Source of the DNA: Clostridia bacterium
GTDB taxonomy: Bacteria > Bacillota > Clostridia > UMGS1883
DNA length: 64,000 bases
Assembly: GCA_045651805.1 (NCBI GenBank)
Contig: JAZRTB010000090.1
Location: 13,295-77,294, forward strand
Reading direction: 5' to 3'
A program made the position numbers and the translations under genes. The notes beneath the pieces were generated by a model. It did no database searches and had not been told where the DNA came from. It saw nothing but the letters and a program-made list of their open reading frames with translations. Shown in pieces: positions 39,809 to 47,753 of the stretch. How positions within the stretch are numbered: position 1 is the first letter of the stretch; every line of letters begins with the position of its first letter.

Positions 39809-40024
39809 TTACATAACAACAATTGCATCTGCAAGCTGATTGTCAATACTGTAACGGCCATCCTTTATAGAAACGATGGAACCCGCCTTGAGATGACTTA
39901 TAACAGTAATCGGCTCACCGCTGTAGCACCCTAAAGAGAAAAGGAATGCATCCAGCTCCTCATCATTTGTTGTAATCCTCTGCACGATATATTCTTTTCC
40001 CTCTTCTGCAGATTTTAAAGTCAT
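39809..40024 (-). CDS. feoA: FeoA-family protein
   Basis: 71 aa SH3-like FeoA pattern, directly upstream of feoB. Confidence 0.85.
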   Translation of the reverse strand: MTLKSAEEGKEYIVQRITTNDEELDAFLFSLGCYSGEPITVISHLKAGSIVSIKDGRYSIDNQLADAIVVM

Positions 40025-40045
40025 AACATCACCTTATTTCCGTCA

Positions 40046-40096
40046 GTTAGCACAGGCTAACCGATGTTCTTAAAAAATGAATTAGCCACCGCTAAC
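40046..40096. promoter_or_regulatory. Two palindromes GTTAGC-acag-GCTAAC (40046-40061) and ATTAGC-cacc-GCTAAC (40081-40096) in the feoA leader
   Basis: Both lie between the feoA promoter -10 box and the feoA start. Confidence 0.5.
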
Positions 40097-40103
40097 CGTA
40101 ACT

Positions 40104-40132
40104 ATTTTAGCACGGTATTTTCCTGTTGTCAA
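40104..40132 (-). promoter_or_regulatory. feoAB promoter TTGACA-17-TAAAAT
   Basis: The reverse complement reads TTGACAacaggaaaataccgtgcTAAAAT. Confidence 0.65.
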
Positions 40133-40220
40133 TACTTTTTTGGAATTTTTTCACAAGCGATTTTTGAACAATTTGGGGACTGTCCCCTTTTTGTACAGAA
40201 TGACCGAAAGAGTTCAGAAC

Positions 40221-40256
40221 ATAAAAAATACGGAGTGTCCATTCGGACACTCCGTA
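40221..40256 (-). terminator. Rho-independent terminator of the 1136-aa surface-protein gene
   Basis: TACGGAGTGTCC-gaat-GGACACTCCGTA followed by TTTTTTAT on the minus strand. Confidence 0.85.
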
Positions 40257-40273
40257 TAAAACTAACTATTCAA

Positions 40274-43200
40274 TTAGTCGTGAAGGTCTGTGTTAGCAAG
40301 AGCAAGAGGTGTGATACCGTCTGCTGCTACTACAAAGAGCTTAATCTGGTCATAAGCGTCTGTTTTGTTGGGATGTGTATATCCTGAAAGATCCTTTACA
40401 AAACCTATTGCTGCATCATAGCGGCTACCTGTATCTTTTGTTACTGCGAAGTCAATAACTTCTGCAGTTACAAGCTTTTCGTCAAGGTATCTTGCAACGA
40501 TAAGCTTTTCTGTACCTGTTGCACCTGAAATTGCAGCACCATTGAGGCAATTTTCTGTACCGAGAGAAAGTTCACGGATTGCAACGGGAGCAAGCTTTCT
40601 TGTAAATGTCTTAGATTCAGAGTAACCATTCTTTGCAGCAGTAATTGTAACTTCTGCCTCTGTGGGGCTTGTTACGTTAATAGCTGTTACTGTACTGTCA
40701 CCAACTTTATATGTGAGTGCGGGGCTGTCTTCCATAACCTTGTAACCTGCGGGATTGTTTGCGAGGTCGCTTTCATCCTTATCGATTGTAGTACCGTCAG
40801 TCCATGTAAGGCTGATAGTCTTAGACTGGAGAGTTCCGTTTGAAAGAACAGGGTGAAGATGCTCTGCCGCATAAAGAACAAGTGCTGCATTAAGCGCTGC
40901 ATTTACTTCGATAACGTTATCATCATCATAATCCTTGACTGAAAGATTATCTGCATATAAAACGCCTGTGCCACTGTGTTCGTAGAGAATATGTCTTACT
41001 GAACCGCCTGTTCTTTTCGTAACTATTGCTGCATTCAGAACAGGGATTTCATTGATAATGATTCCGTCGATTGATACCTGATAGGTTTCTGAAAGTACGT
41101 TGTAATCTATAAGAAGGTGTGTCCATTCGCCCTTCTTTGCCTTAACGCTTTCAGGCATATCGTACCAAACCACAACATCGCCTTTAACGTTATACTCATA
41201 GCCGTTAACCACAGGATTTGTTGTTGAAAGACCAACCTTGCCTGTGTTATAGTTAACGTTAATTATTATACCACGTGCACCTGCAGAAGTTGTTACTACA
41301 AAACGCGGAGAACCTGTAGAACTGCTATCATATTTGAAATCTGTTTCAATTACAAATCTTTCTTTACGACTACCGTCGCCGTATTCTGTATGTGCAATAG
41401 TTGCTTTAGTTCCAACAGCACTGTCAAGCTTAAGTACGTTTCCGTGTGCAACATCTTCATCTGCAACGATTTCATATTTTGCCCCTTCAGGAAGAGTGTA
41501 GTCAGTGAAATCATAAGCATAGTGAAGTGCTGTAGCTATTGAAGTTACATCACTAATTACCACGGGGAACACAACTGTATCACTTGCACTGCCTGCTGTG
41601 ATTGTAGCTGTCATATTAACAGTAACATTTTCGCCATAAGGTGCAAGCTTTGCTACTGTACCATCGTTTGAAATGTAAGCTGTGTTGCTTGATGCCCAGT
41701 TAACTGCAGCACCATATGTAGCAGGATCGTAGTCAGCATAACCGTTGTCAAGGTCAAGCACAGCACCAATTGCTGAAGCTTCACCGATGTTTGACTTTTC
41801 AATAAGCTCCTTATAGAAAGCTACCTTGTCTGCACCAGAAAGTGTGGAAATAACAGAATTAAGAGACTGTGTTGTATATACGTTTATATCATCCACATAA
41901 ATTGTTGCGCCTGATGAACGGTCAGCAAGATAGAATGAAAGGCTTGTAATGCTGTCAAGGCTTGCAAGACCGATACCAACAGTGCTTGTTCCAATCTGGT
42001 TTCCGTTCAAATAATGCTTAGCTGTTTTATTTGCAACATCTATAACAATCTTGAAGTTTGCATAGTTTGCACTGTTTGTATCGTAAGCTATTTTATCAGT
42101 ATTGTTTACGCCATGCCAACCATTTCCTGCAGAGCCACCATTATATGAGTTATTTCTTCTTATCTCACCACCGTAGTTAATGAACTCGGCTATTTCAGCT
42201 CCATTAACCTTGAAACCGTAGTTTGTAACATTGCCGGTACCGGCAGTACTATGATTCTCTGTTCTGAGCTTGAATTCCATTATAAGCTCTTCTGCGTTTG
42301 TAAGAGAAGGCAATGTTTTGAAATTATATGTTGCATATGTCTTCATACTACCACTGTATGTGAAAGAACCAACCTTATTGCCTGCCTCTGTCACTACAGT
42401 ACCGGAACCACCGCTTTCAATGGTGAAGTCACTAACCGAGCCAACTTTATCAAAGTCAACAGTCTCACTCTGACCTGTGATTGCAAGAGGAAGAATTGTT
42501 ACATTGTATGATTTTGAAACGCTTTCCTCGCCAACCTGAAGTGTACCTGTGATTGTAGCTGTTGCTACATCAAGAACAGGACGCTTAACTGTACCGTCAG
42601 CAGCAATAGCGGGATTTGTTGATGTCCAGCTAAGGGTTACGTCAGCGGGAAGGTTCTCTGCTGTGAACTTAAGGTTTGTTGTAAGTGCACTAAGGCTTCC
42701 GCCGTTTGCAACATAAGCTTCATCAAGAAGTGATGAGTAGCTAGCAAGCTTCTCTGCAGGTGTTGCAGATGCAAGTGCTTCTTCATCAGAAACTTCCTGA
42801 TATACAACGAAGTCATCTACATCAAATGTAGCCGTACAATTATCTGTTGCGTTAGTGAAGTAGAAGGATGTGATTTTAACATAACCACCCTCGGGAATTC
42901 CGTCTGCACCTGCAAAATCTACAAGTGTTTTAGCTGAGAGGGCACCTGTTGCAAGTGTCCATATCTGACCTGTCTGGGGGTCATACTTAAAGTCGATATC
43001 CTTACCTGCTGTGAAGTAGCTGCTTGAAAATCCGCTTGTAGAATTAACTCTTGCAAAAGAAGAAGAAGAGAACGCCTTATAGCTTGTTCCGTCAGCGTTA
43101 TATACACCACCGTTAAGTCTGATGTCCGCACCATATGAAGCAAGGTCTGTGAAATTGTCAACATCAAACTTAATGCTTACAGGCTTGGTGTAATCAATAG

Positions 43201-43684
43201 TTGAAGGCATTGAGTATGTGATGTTGGTACGTCCCTGACTTGTTTCGCCTACATGAGTAGCACCGATAACAACATTGAACTTACCGTCAACGATTGAAGA
43301 AGGAGTGTTTGTGCCCCTCACTTGTATTGTCCAACCGGTTGCCTCTTTAGAGAAATCGTTAGCGTGAAGCACATTAGTTGTTTTTGCCTTTACAGTAACA
43401 TTAACTGCTTCTCCTCCGTTGATTGTGAGTGTTACAGTTGCATCGTCAAAAATGGGACGAGTAACAACACCTGTGTTTGAAATAATAGCTTCGTTAGAAG
43501 ACATTATCTCATCATTTTCGCCAAGCACGAGATTGCTTGTAACGAACTTTGCAGGCTGACCGTTAGCGATATCTTCAAAAGTTACCGCCAATGCGGGAGC
43601 CTCAGTTTCCTCTGCCATTACAGTGAATGCGCACATAGAAAGTGCCATAATCATTGCAAGACAGAGTGCCATGAGTTTTTTCAT
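40274..43684 (-). CDS. Giant secreted surface protein, paralogue L (1136 aa)
   Basis: Signal peptide MKKLMALCLAMIMALSMCAFTVMA. The first ~100 aa are nearly identical to the 44912 gene. Small Ig-like modules repeat (L.F....LP..V.LSW.S.N..I..DGTV.RP). The C-terminal ~75-aa module is shared with the paralogues. Confidence 0.9.
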   Translation of the reverse strand: MKKLMALCLAMIMALSMCAFTVMAEETEAPALAVTFEDIANGQPAKFVTSNLVLGENDEIMSSNEAIISNTGVVTRPIFDDATVTLTINGGEAVNVTVKAKTTNVLHANDFSKEATGWTIQVRGTNTPSSIVDGKFNVVIGATHVGETSQGRTNITYSMPSTIDYTKPVSIKFDVDNFTDLASYGADIRLNGGVYNADGTSYKAFSSSSFARVNSTSGFSSSYFTAGKDIDFKYDPQTGQIWTLATGALSAKTLVDFAGADGIPEGGYVKITSFYFTNATDNCTATFDVDDFVVYQEVSDEEALASATPAEKLASYSSLLDEAYVANGGSLSALTTNLKFTAENLPADVTLSWTSTNPAIAADGTVKRPVLDVATATITGTLQVGEESVSKSYNVTILPLAITGQSETVDFDKVGSVSDFTIESGGSGTVVTEAGNKVGSFTYSGSMKTYATYNFKTLPSLTNAEELIMEFKLRTENHSTAGTGNVTNYGFKVNGAEIAEFINYGGEIRRNNSYNGGSAGNGWHGVNNTDKIAYDTNSANYANFKIVIDVANKTAKHYLNGNQIGTSTVGIGLASLDSITSLSFYLADRSSGATIYVDDINVYTTQSLNSVISTLSGADKVAFYKELIEKSNIGEASAIGAVLDLDNGYADYDPATYGAAVNWASSNTAYISNDGTVAKLAPYGENVTVNMTATITAGSASDTVVFPVVISDVTSIATALHYAYDFTDYTLPEGAKYEIVADEDVAHGNVLKLDSAVGTKATIAHTEYGDGSRKERFVIETDFKYDSSSTGSPRFVVTTSAGARGIIINVNYNTGKVGLSTTNPVVNGYEYNVKGDVVVWYDMPESVKAKKGEWTHLLIDYNVLSETYQVSIDGIIINEIPVLNAAIVTKRTGGSVRHILYEHSGTGVLYADNLSVKDYDDDNVIEVNAALNAALVLYAAEHLHPVLSNGTLQSKTISLTWTDGTTIDKDESDLANNPAGYKVMEDSPALTYKVGDSTVTAINVTSPTEAEVTITAAKNGYSESKTFTRKLAPVAIRELSLGTENCLNGAAISGATGTEKLIVARYLDEKLVTAEVIDFAVTKDTGSRYDAAIGFVKDLSGYTHPNKTDAYDQIKLFVVAADGITPLALANTDLHD

Positions 43685-43763
43685 AGTGTTTTCCTCCTAA
43701 ATAAAAATTTTTTATAGTTAAATTAAATTAAATTTTCAAAGTACAGTGCGTAAAAATGTCTGT

Positions 43764-43795
43764 TTTACCACATAATTTGCATTATGTGGTAGAGA
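43764..43795. repeat. Recombinase core-type site A (TTTACCACATAAT-TTGC-ATTATGTGGTAGAGA)
   Basis: 32 bp, the exact reverse complement of 44795-44826. It lies in the 5' leader of paralogue L. Confidence 0.85.
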
Positions 43796-43822
43796 CAAGT
43801 CCACCTATAATTACACATGAAT

Positions 43823-43851
43823 AGTATAACTCTGTTTTCTAAATTTGTCAA
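43823..43851 (-). promoter_or_regulatory. Sigma-A-type promoter TTGACA-17-TATACT inside inverton 2, currently firing into paralogue L
   Basis: The reverse complement reads TTGACAaatttagaaaacagagtTATACT. Its -10 box lies ~30 bp from site A. Confidence 0.7.
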
Positions 43852-43901
43852 TACAAAAAGGGAAATATTTTTTACAAAAATGTTAAATTGCGGAACTTTT
43901 T

Positions 43902-44741
43902 TCAGCATTGCAGAAGTCCCAGCATCTGAAGCTGTTTTCGGTGCTCCGCACCTGATTCAATAGTATATATTCTTGTTGTGTTTATGCTTGTGTGTCCAAG
44001 CAAATCAGCAAGACGCACAATATCTTTTTGCAGCGAATAAAAAGTCCTTGCAAAAAGATGCCTGAAATTATGCGGAAAAACCTTTTTCTTTGATACCCCC
44101 GCATTTTCGCACAAAGTTTTGAGCATTTTCCAAATATTTGACCTGTCAAGGGGATTCCCGCTTTTTGTTACAAAAACACTGCCTTTTACAAGTTTTTCTT
44201 CCTTTATATATTGTACAAGCATTTTGCACAACTGTTCGGGAAGAATGACAACGCGCATTTTTCCTTTGCATCGTATTATTGCCTGCCGTGCTTTTACTGC
44301 CCCTACTGTAATATATTTAAGTTCAGATACTCTAATACCTGTTGAACAAATTGTCTGCATCAAAAGCCATAATTTTTTATTTCCGCTTTCAAGAGCTGCT
44401 GAAAGAAGTTTGTTATATTCTTCTTTTGTCAGTTCTTTTTCTTTGTCGGAAAAGATTTGTTTTTGTATTTTCAGCGTTTTAACCCGACAATCATTCCACC
44501 CCATAAATTCTAAAAAACAGTTAATTGATGAAATCATAGAATTAACGCTTCGGGGAGCATAGTTTTGCGAAATATGATTTTTGTAATCAACAACAGTTTC
44601 TTTTGTAACTTTTCTTTTTTTCAACCATTCAAAAAAAGAAAGAACATCTCTTGAGTATTTTTCAATAGTAACAGTTGATTTTTCCTCCGCGTAAAGATAA
44701 CTGCGAAAATTTGTAATCAATTGTAAAGTTATTTCCGGCAT
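43902..44741 (-). CDS. Tyrosine site-specific recombinase, 279 aa, encoded inside the invertible cassette
   Basis: STGIRVSEL, HNFRHLFAR and LGHTSINTTRIYT motifs. The start is trimmed to ATG 44741 (MPEITLQL; GAGAGGAA RBS), giving the same 279-aa length as the 8419..9258 paralogue. The 316-aa track ORF would read through site B. Confidence 0.9.
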   Translation of the reverse strand: MPEITLQLITNFRSYLYAEEKSTVTIEKYSRDVLSFFEWLKKRKVTKETVVDYKNHISQNYAPRSVNSMISSINCFLEFMGWNDCRVKTLKIQKQIFSDKEKELTKEEYNKLLSAALESGNKKLWLLMQTICSTGIRVSELKYITVGAVKARQAIIRCKGKMRVVILPEQLCKMLVQYIKEEKLVKGSVFVTKSGNPLDRSNIWKMLKTLCENAGVSKKKVFPHNFRHLFARTFYSLQKDIVRLADLLGHTSINTTRIYTIESGAEHRKQLQMLGLLQC

Positions 44742-44794
44742 AGAACACATTCCTCTCGTTTTCTTTTTATTATAACCCAAACCATCTGACAAAT

Positions 44795-44826
44795 TCTCTA
44801 CCACATAATGCAAATTATGTGGTAAA
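44795..44826. repeat. Recombinase core-type site B (inverted copy of site A; centre GCAA)
   Basis: TCTCTACCACATAATGCAAATTATGTGGTAAA, in the 5' leader of paralogue R. Confidence 0.85.
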
Positions 44827-44911
44827 CGGAGTTTTTTCCTATTATAATACATAAAATCGAAATTTAATTAAATTAATTATATAACAAAATATTTTTAAGG
44901 AGGAAAACACT

Positions 44912-47383
44912 ATGAAAAAACTCATGGCGCTCTGTCTTGCTATGTTAATGGCACTTTCAATGGTATCATTTTCAGTAATGGCAGAGGAAACTGAGGCTCA
45001 CGCAGTGGCGGTAACTTTTGAAGATATCGCTAACGGTCAGCCTGCAAAGTTCGTTACAGGCAATCTCGTGCTTGGCGAAAATGATGAAATAAAGTCTTCT
45101 AACGAAGCTATTATTTCAAACACAGGTGTTGTTACACGTCCCCTTTTTGAGGATGCAACAGTAGCAATCTCAATTAACGGAGGAGAAGCTGTTGAAGTTA
45201 CTGTAAAGTCACAGATAGTAGATGTGAAATACTATAATGATTTTACTACAGACGATGCAGGAACAGGAACTTCAACAAGAACATTCCCTTCTTATGAGGG
45301 TTTCTCTGTATCAACAGCAGCAGGAACAGAAACAACTATCCAGGATGGCGTGGTTAAGGTGGATATCAAAGCCGACTACGAAAAAGGTGTAAAAGACCAC
45401 AGAACAAATTTCTACACCAAAATTCCAAGTTTTAGCTCATCAAAGCCTGTAGTAATTCAATTTGATGTTGATAACATAGCAAACATCAAGGGGTCTTCCG
45501 CAGAAATAAGACCAACAATTTATGCTTATCCTACAAATGGCGGATCGCGAGTTCACTTGGGCACAATTCAGTTTGCAAAACTTACAGCAACAGGATTTGG
45601 TTCATCAGGATTTTGTTCGGGCGATAGTATCCCCGTCAGCAAATCAGTGGAAATTCGTTATATCCCGACAACCGGTGAAATATGGCTTAACGGAAAGAAG
45701 TGCTCTAAAAACCTTTTAACCTTGAAAGAAGGCGACTATGAATACGTACAATTAACAGGGTTAACTATTTGTTGTGCCGGAAGTGATTGTTTCGCCCAGT
45801 TCGATATGGACAATTACGTAGTATATCAAGAAGATTCCAAAGATGAAGCGATCTTAAAAGTTACTCCGGAACAACGAAAGGAATATTTGGAAACTTTCCT
45901 TACCCCTGAAGTTTTTGCAAACGGTCAGAGCCTTGCATCCGTTTCTTCAAACCTGACATTCTCAACAGGTCTTGATATGGAAGCCCTTGGTGCAAGCCTT
46001 GTATGGACAACAAGCGATCCTTCTGTAATTGAAGCTAACGGCACAATTCATCCTAAACAGAATACTTCTGTTAACGCAGTTGTGCAGGGAACTCTTACTT
46101 TCGGTGAAGAAACAATAACAACCAAACCTTTTAACATCAAGCTTGCTCCTGCCGGAACAGTTGAATGTACAGCAGCAAAATTCAACTGGGACTTCGAAGA
46201 TGTAGAAGTTGGTGCTACCTCTTCCACAACAACTCAGAATTGCTATTCGGGCGGTAAAAAAGGCATTTATTTCAGCGGAGGAAGCCATGAATTTTTCAAT
46301 GATTCCGAAAGAGGTATGATGCTTAAATCCACAAACCCCAATATAATCCAATTTTCTGCAGGGCAGCGTGGTCCCGGATATAACAAGAGATATGTGTTTG
46401 GATTTGATTACAAATTTGAACTCAATGACAATGCAACATGGAGTACTTTTTCTACCTATATGCGAGGTAACGGTAGCCAGCAAGTCGGTCTTTCCTATAC
46501 GAATGCCGATTTAACTGTTGGCGATAAGACGACTGCTTACGGTAACGCTACTGCTGATAAGGTAGATGCATTATTTGTTCACAAAGTCCCCTGCTATGCT
46601 GAAATAACCAGACCCGGTGTTTGGCATCATATAGACATAGACTTTAATTCCACAAAGAATGTTTACACAATCTACGTTGATGACAACAAGATAAATGAAA
46701 TTCCGGGAAGTTCAGCTAATGGTGTGGGTTATGTTGCTTATTGGATGCACACCCAGCTTGGTAATATGAAAACCTTCTATATGGACAACATGTATGTTAA
46801 TGAATACACTGATTCAAATGTTGTAAAGGCGGATGCTGCACTCAGAAGAGCAGTATATGATGCAGCTGCTCGTGAATCAGGTCAGAATGGTTTGACCGGT
46901 CCTTACAGAACAATCAACAGAAAAGACCTCTCTTCAGTTATAACAAGCACAACCATTCCTACTCCTCAGACGGATTCTAACGGTGCAACTCTTACTTGGA
47001 AGGTTAATGGCGAGCCTCATACTGAAACTACTTATACCGCACCATCATCACCCCAAACAGTTACATTTGAGGTAACTGCTACTTCTGGTGACGTGAGCTA
47101 CTCACAAACTTTCACAAACAGATTTGCTCCTGTTGAAATTGCTGACTATACTTTAGACGAAAGAAACGTTAAAACAGTTACAATAGAAGGCGATTACGAA
47201 GGAAAAAGACTTGTGATAGCAAAATATTCTGCTAATGACGGACGTCTTCTGCTTGTAAAATCAATTGATATTACAAGCAGTGTAGTTGAAGTCGCTGACG
47301 AAAATATTAACGATGTTGGTTGTATAATTAAGTATTTTATATACGACAAAGGATTGTTAGTTCCCTATGCTTTTGGAAGATAA
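44912..47383 (+). CDS. Giant secreted surface protein, paralogue R (823 aa)
   Basis: Signal peptide MKKLMALCLAMLMALSMVSFSVMA. The 5' ~300 nt are ~90% identical to paralogue L on the opposite strand. The RBS context AGGAGGAAAACACT-ATG is identical. Confidence 0.9.
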   Translation: MKKLMALCLAMLMALSMVSFSVMAEETEAHAVAVTFEDIANGQPAKFVTGNLVLGENDEIKSSNEAIISNTGVVTRPLFEDATVAISINGGEAVEVTVKSQIVDVKYYNDFTTDDAGTGTSTRTFPSYEGFSVSTAAGTETTIQDGVVKVDIKADYEKGVKDHRTNFYTKIPSFSSSKPVVIQFDVDNIANIKGSSAEIRPTIYAYPTNGGSRVHLGTIQFAKLTATGFGSSGFCSGDSIPVSKSVEIRYIPTTGEIWLNGKKCSKNLLTLKEGDYEYVQLTGLTICCAGSDCFAQFDMDNYVVYQEDSKDEAILKVTPEQRKEYLETFLTPEVFANGQSLASVSSNLTFSTGLDMEALGASLVWTTSDPSVIEANGTIHPKQNTSVNAVVQGTLTFGEETITTKPFNIKLAPAGTVECTAAKFNWDFEDVEVGATSSTTTQNCYSGGKKGIYFSGGSHEFFNDSERGMMLKSTNPNIIQFSAGQRGPGYNKRYVFGFDYKFELNDNATWSTFSTYMRGNGSQQVGLSYTNADLTVGDKTTAYGNATADKVDALFVHKVPCYAEITRPGVWHHIDIDFNSTKNVYTIYVDDNKINEIPGSSANGVGYVAYWMHTQLGNMKTFYMDNMYVNEYTDSNVVKADAALRRAVYDAAARESGQNGLTGPYRTINRKDLSSVITSTTIPTPQTDSNGATLTWKVNGEPHTETTYTAPSSPQTVTFEVTATSGDVSYSQTFTNRFAPVEIADYTLDERNVKTVTIEGDYEGKRLVIAKYSANDGRLLLVKSIDITSSVVEVADENINDVGCIIKYFIYDKGLLVPYAFGR

Positions 47384-47423
47384 GCATACATCTGATAACG
47401 GATAACATAATTTTATAAGATAA

Positions 47424-47458
47424 AAAGTGCTTTGCTTTTATGGCAAAGCACTTTTTAT
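47424..47458 (+). terminator. Rho-independent terminator of paralogue R
   Basis: AAAGTGCTTTGC-ttttatg-GCAAAGCACTTT followed by TT. Confidence 0.85.
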
Positions 47459-47469
47459 TGTATTTCAGT

Positions 47470-47690
47470 TAACATCGGGTGATTCGTGAATCGCCCCTAC
47501 GGTTGTACCATTTAAATTCCCAGTCGTAGGGAACGGCCTATGTGTCGCTGTGCTGTGTTATAGGTTTTGTACAACCCTTCCGTCACGCTACGCGTGCCAC
47601 CTTCCCTTACTCAGGGAAGGCTTGCTGTCAAAAAAACATCGAAGGTTAAGTATTACGGGCTGTCGGAGACGCCAGCCCCTACGGAATTGT
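47470..47690. repeat. GC-rich hairpin-dense intergenic element (REP/MITE-like)
   Basis: GGGTGATTCgTGAATCGCCC hairpin (47477-47496). CCCTACG...CGTAGGG (47495-47531). CCTTCCCT-tactc-AGGGAAGG (47600-47620). A second CCCCTACGG at 47677-47685. It is much more GC-rich than its flanks. Confidence 0.45.
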
Positions 47691-47700
47691 GTTTTTATAC

Positions 47701-47737
47701 CACAAAAATGCGGAGTGCCCGATTGGTCACTCCGCAT
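47701..47737 (-). terminator. Rho-independent terminator of paralogue 3
   Basis: ATGCGGAGTG...CACTCCGCAT stem followed by TTTTGTG on the minus strand. Confidence 0.85.
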
Positions 47738-47753
47738 CATATTGTCAGTTAAA

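Larger units (their letters stand above)
43796..44794. other. Putative invertible cassette (inverton 2, 999 bp) carrying a promoter and its own tyrosine recombinase gene
   Basis: Bounded by perfect 32-bp inverted repeats. It lies between two divergent paralogous genes with homologous leaders. Confidence 0.65.

Noticed and set aside
40064-40387. 107-aa + strand ORF across the feoA promoter and the surface-gene terminator
   Set aside because: It spans a promoter, two operator-like palindromes and a terminator, and then runs antisense into the 3' end of the 1136-aa gene. It has no RBS.
43764-44826. Interpretation of the IR-recombinase-IR unit as an insertion sequence or transposon
   Set aside because: The enzyme is a tyrosine recombinase rather than a DDE, HUH or serine transposase. 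There is no target-site duplication. The sequences outside the repeats are themselves homologous in inverted orientation (leaders plus gene 5' ends), which fits a resident switch rather than an insertion.
43902-44852. 316-aa version of the recombinase ORF starting at 44852
   Set aside because: The extra 37 codons read straight through inverted repeat B (PHNLHYVV is the repeat translated). The ATG at 44741 has a GAGAGGAA RBS and gives exactly the 279-aa length of the paralogue.
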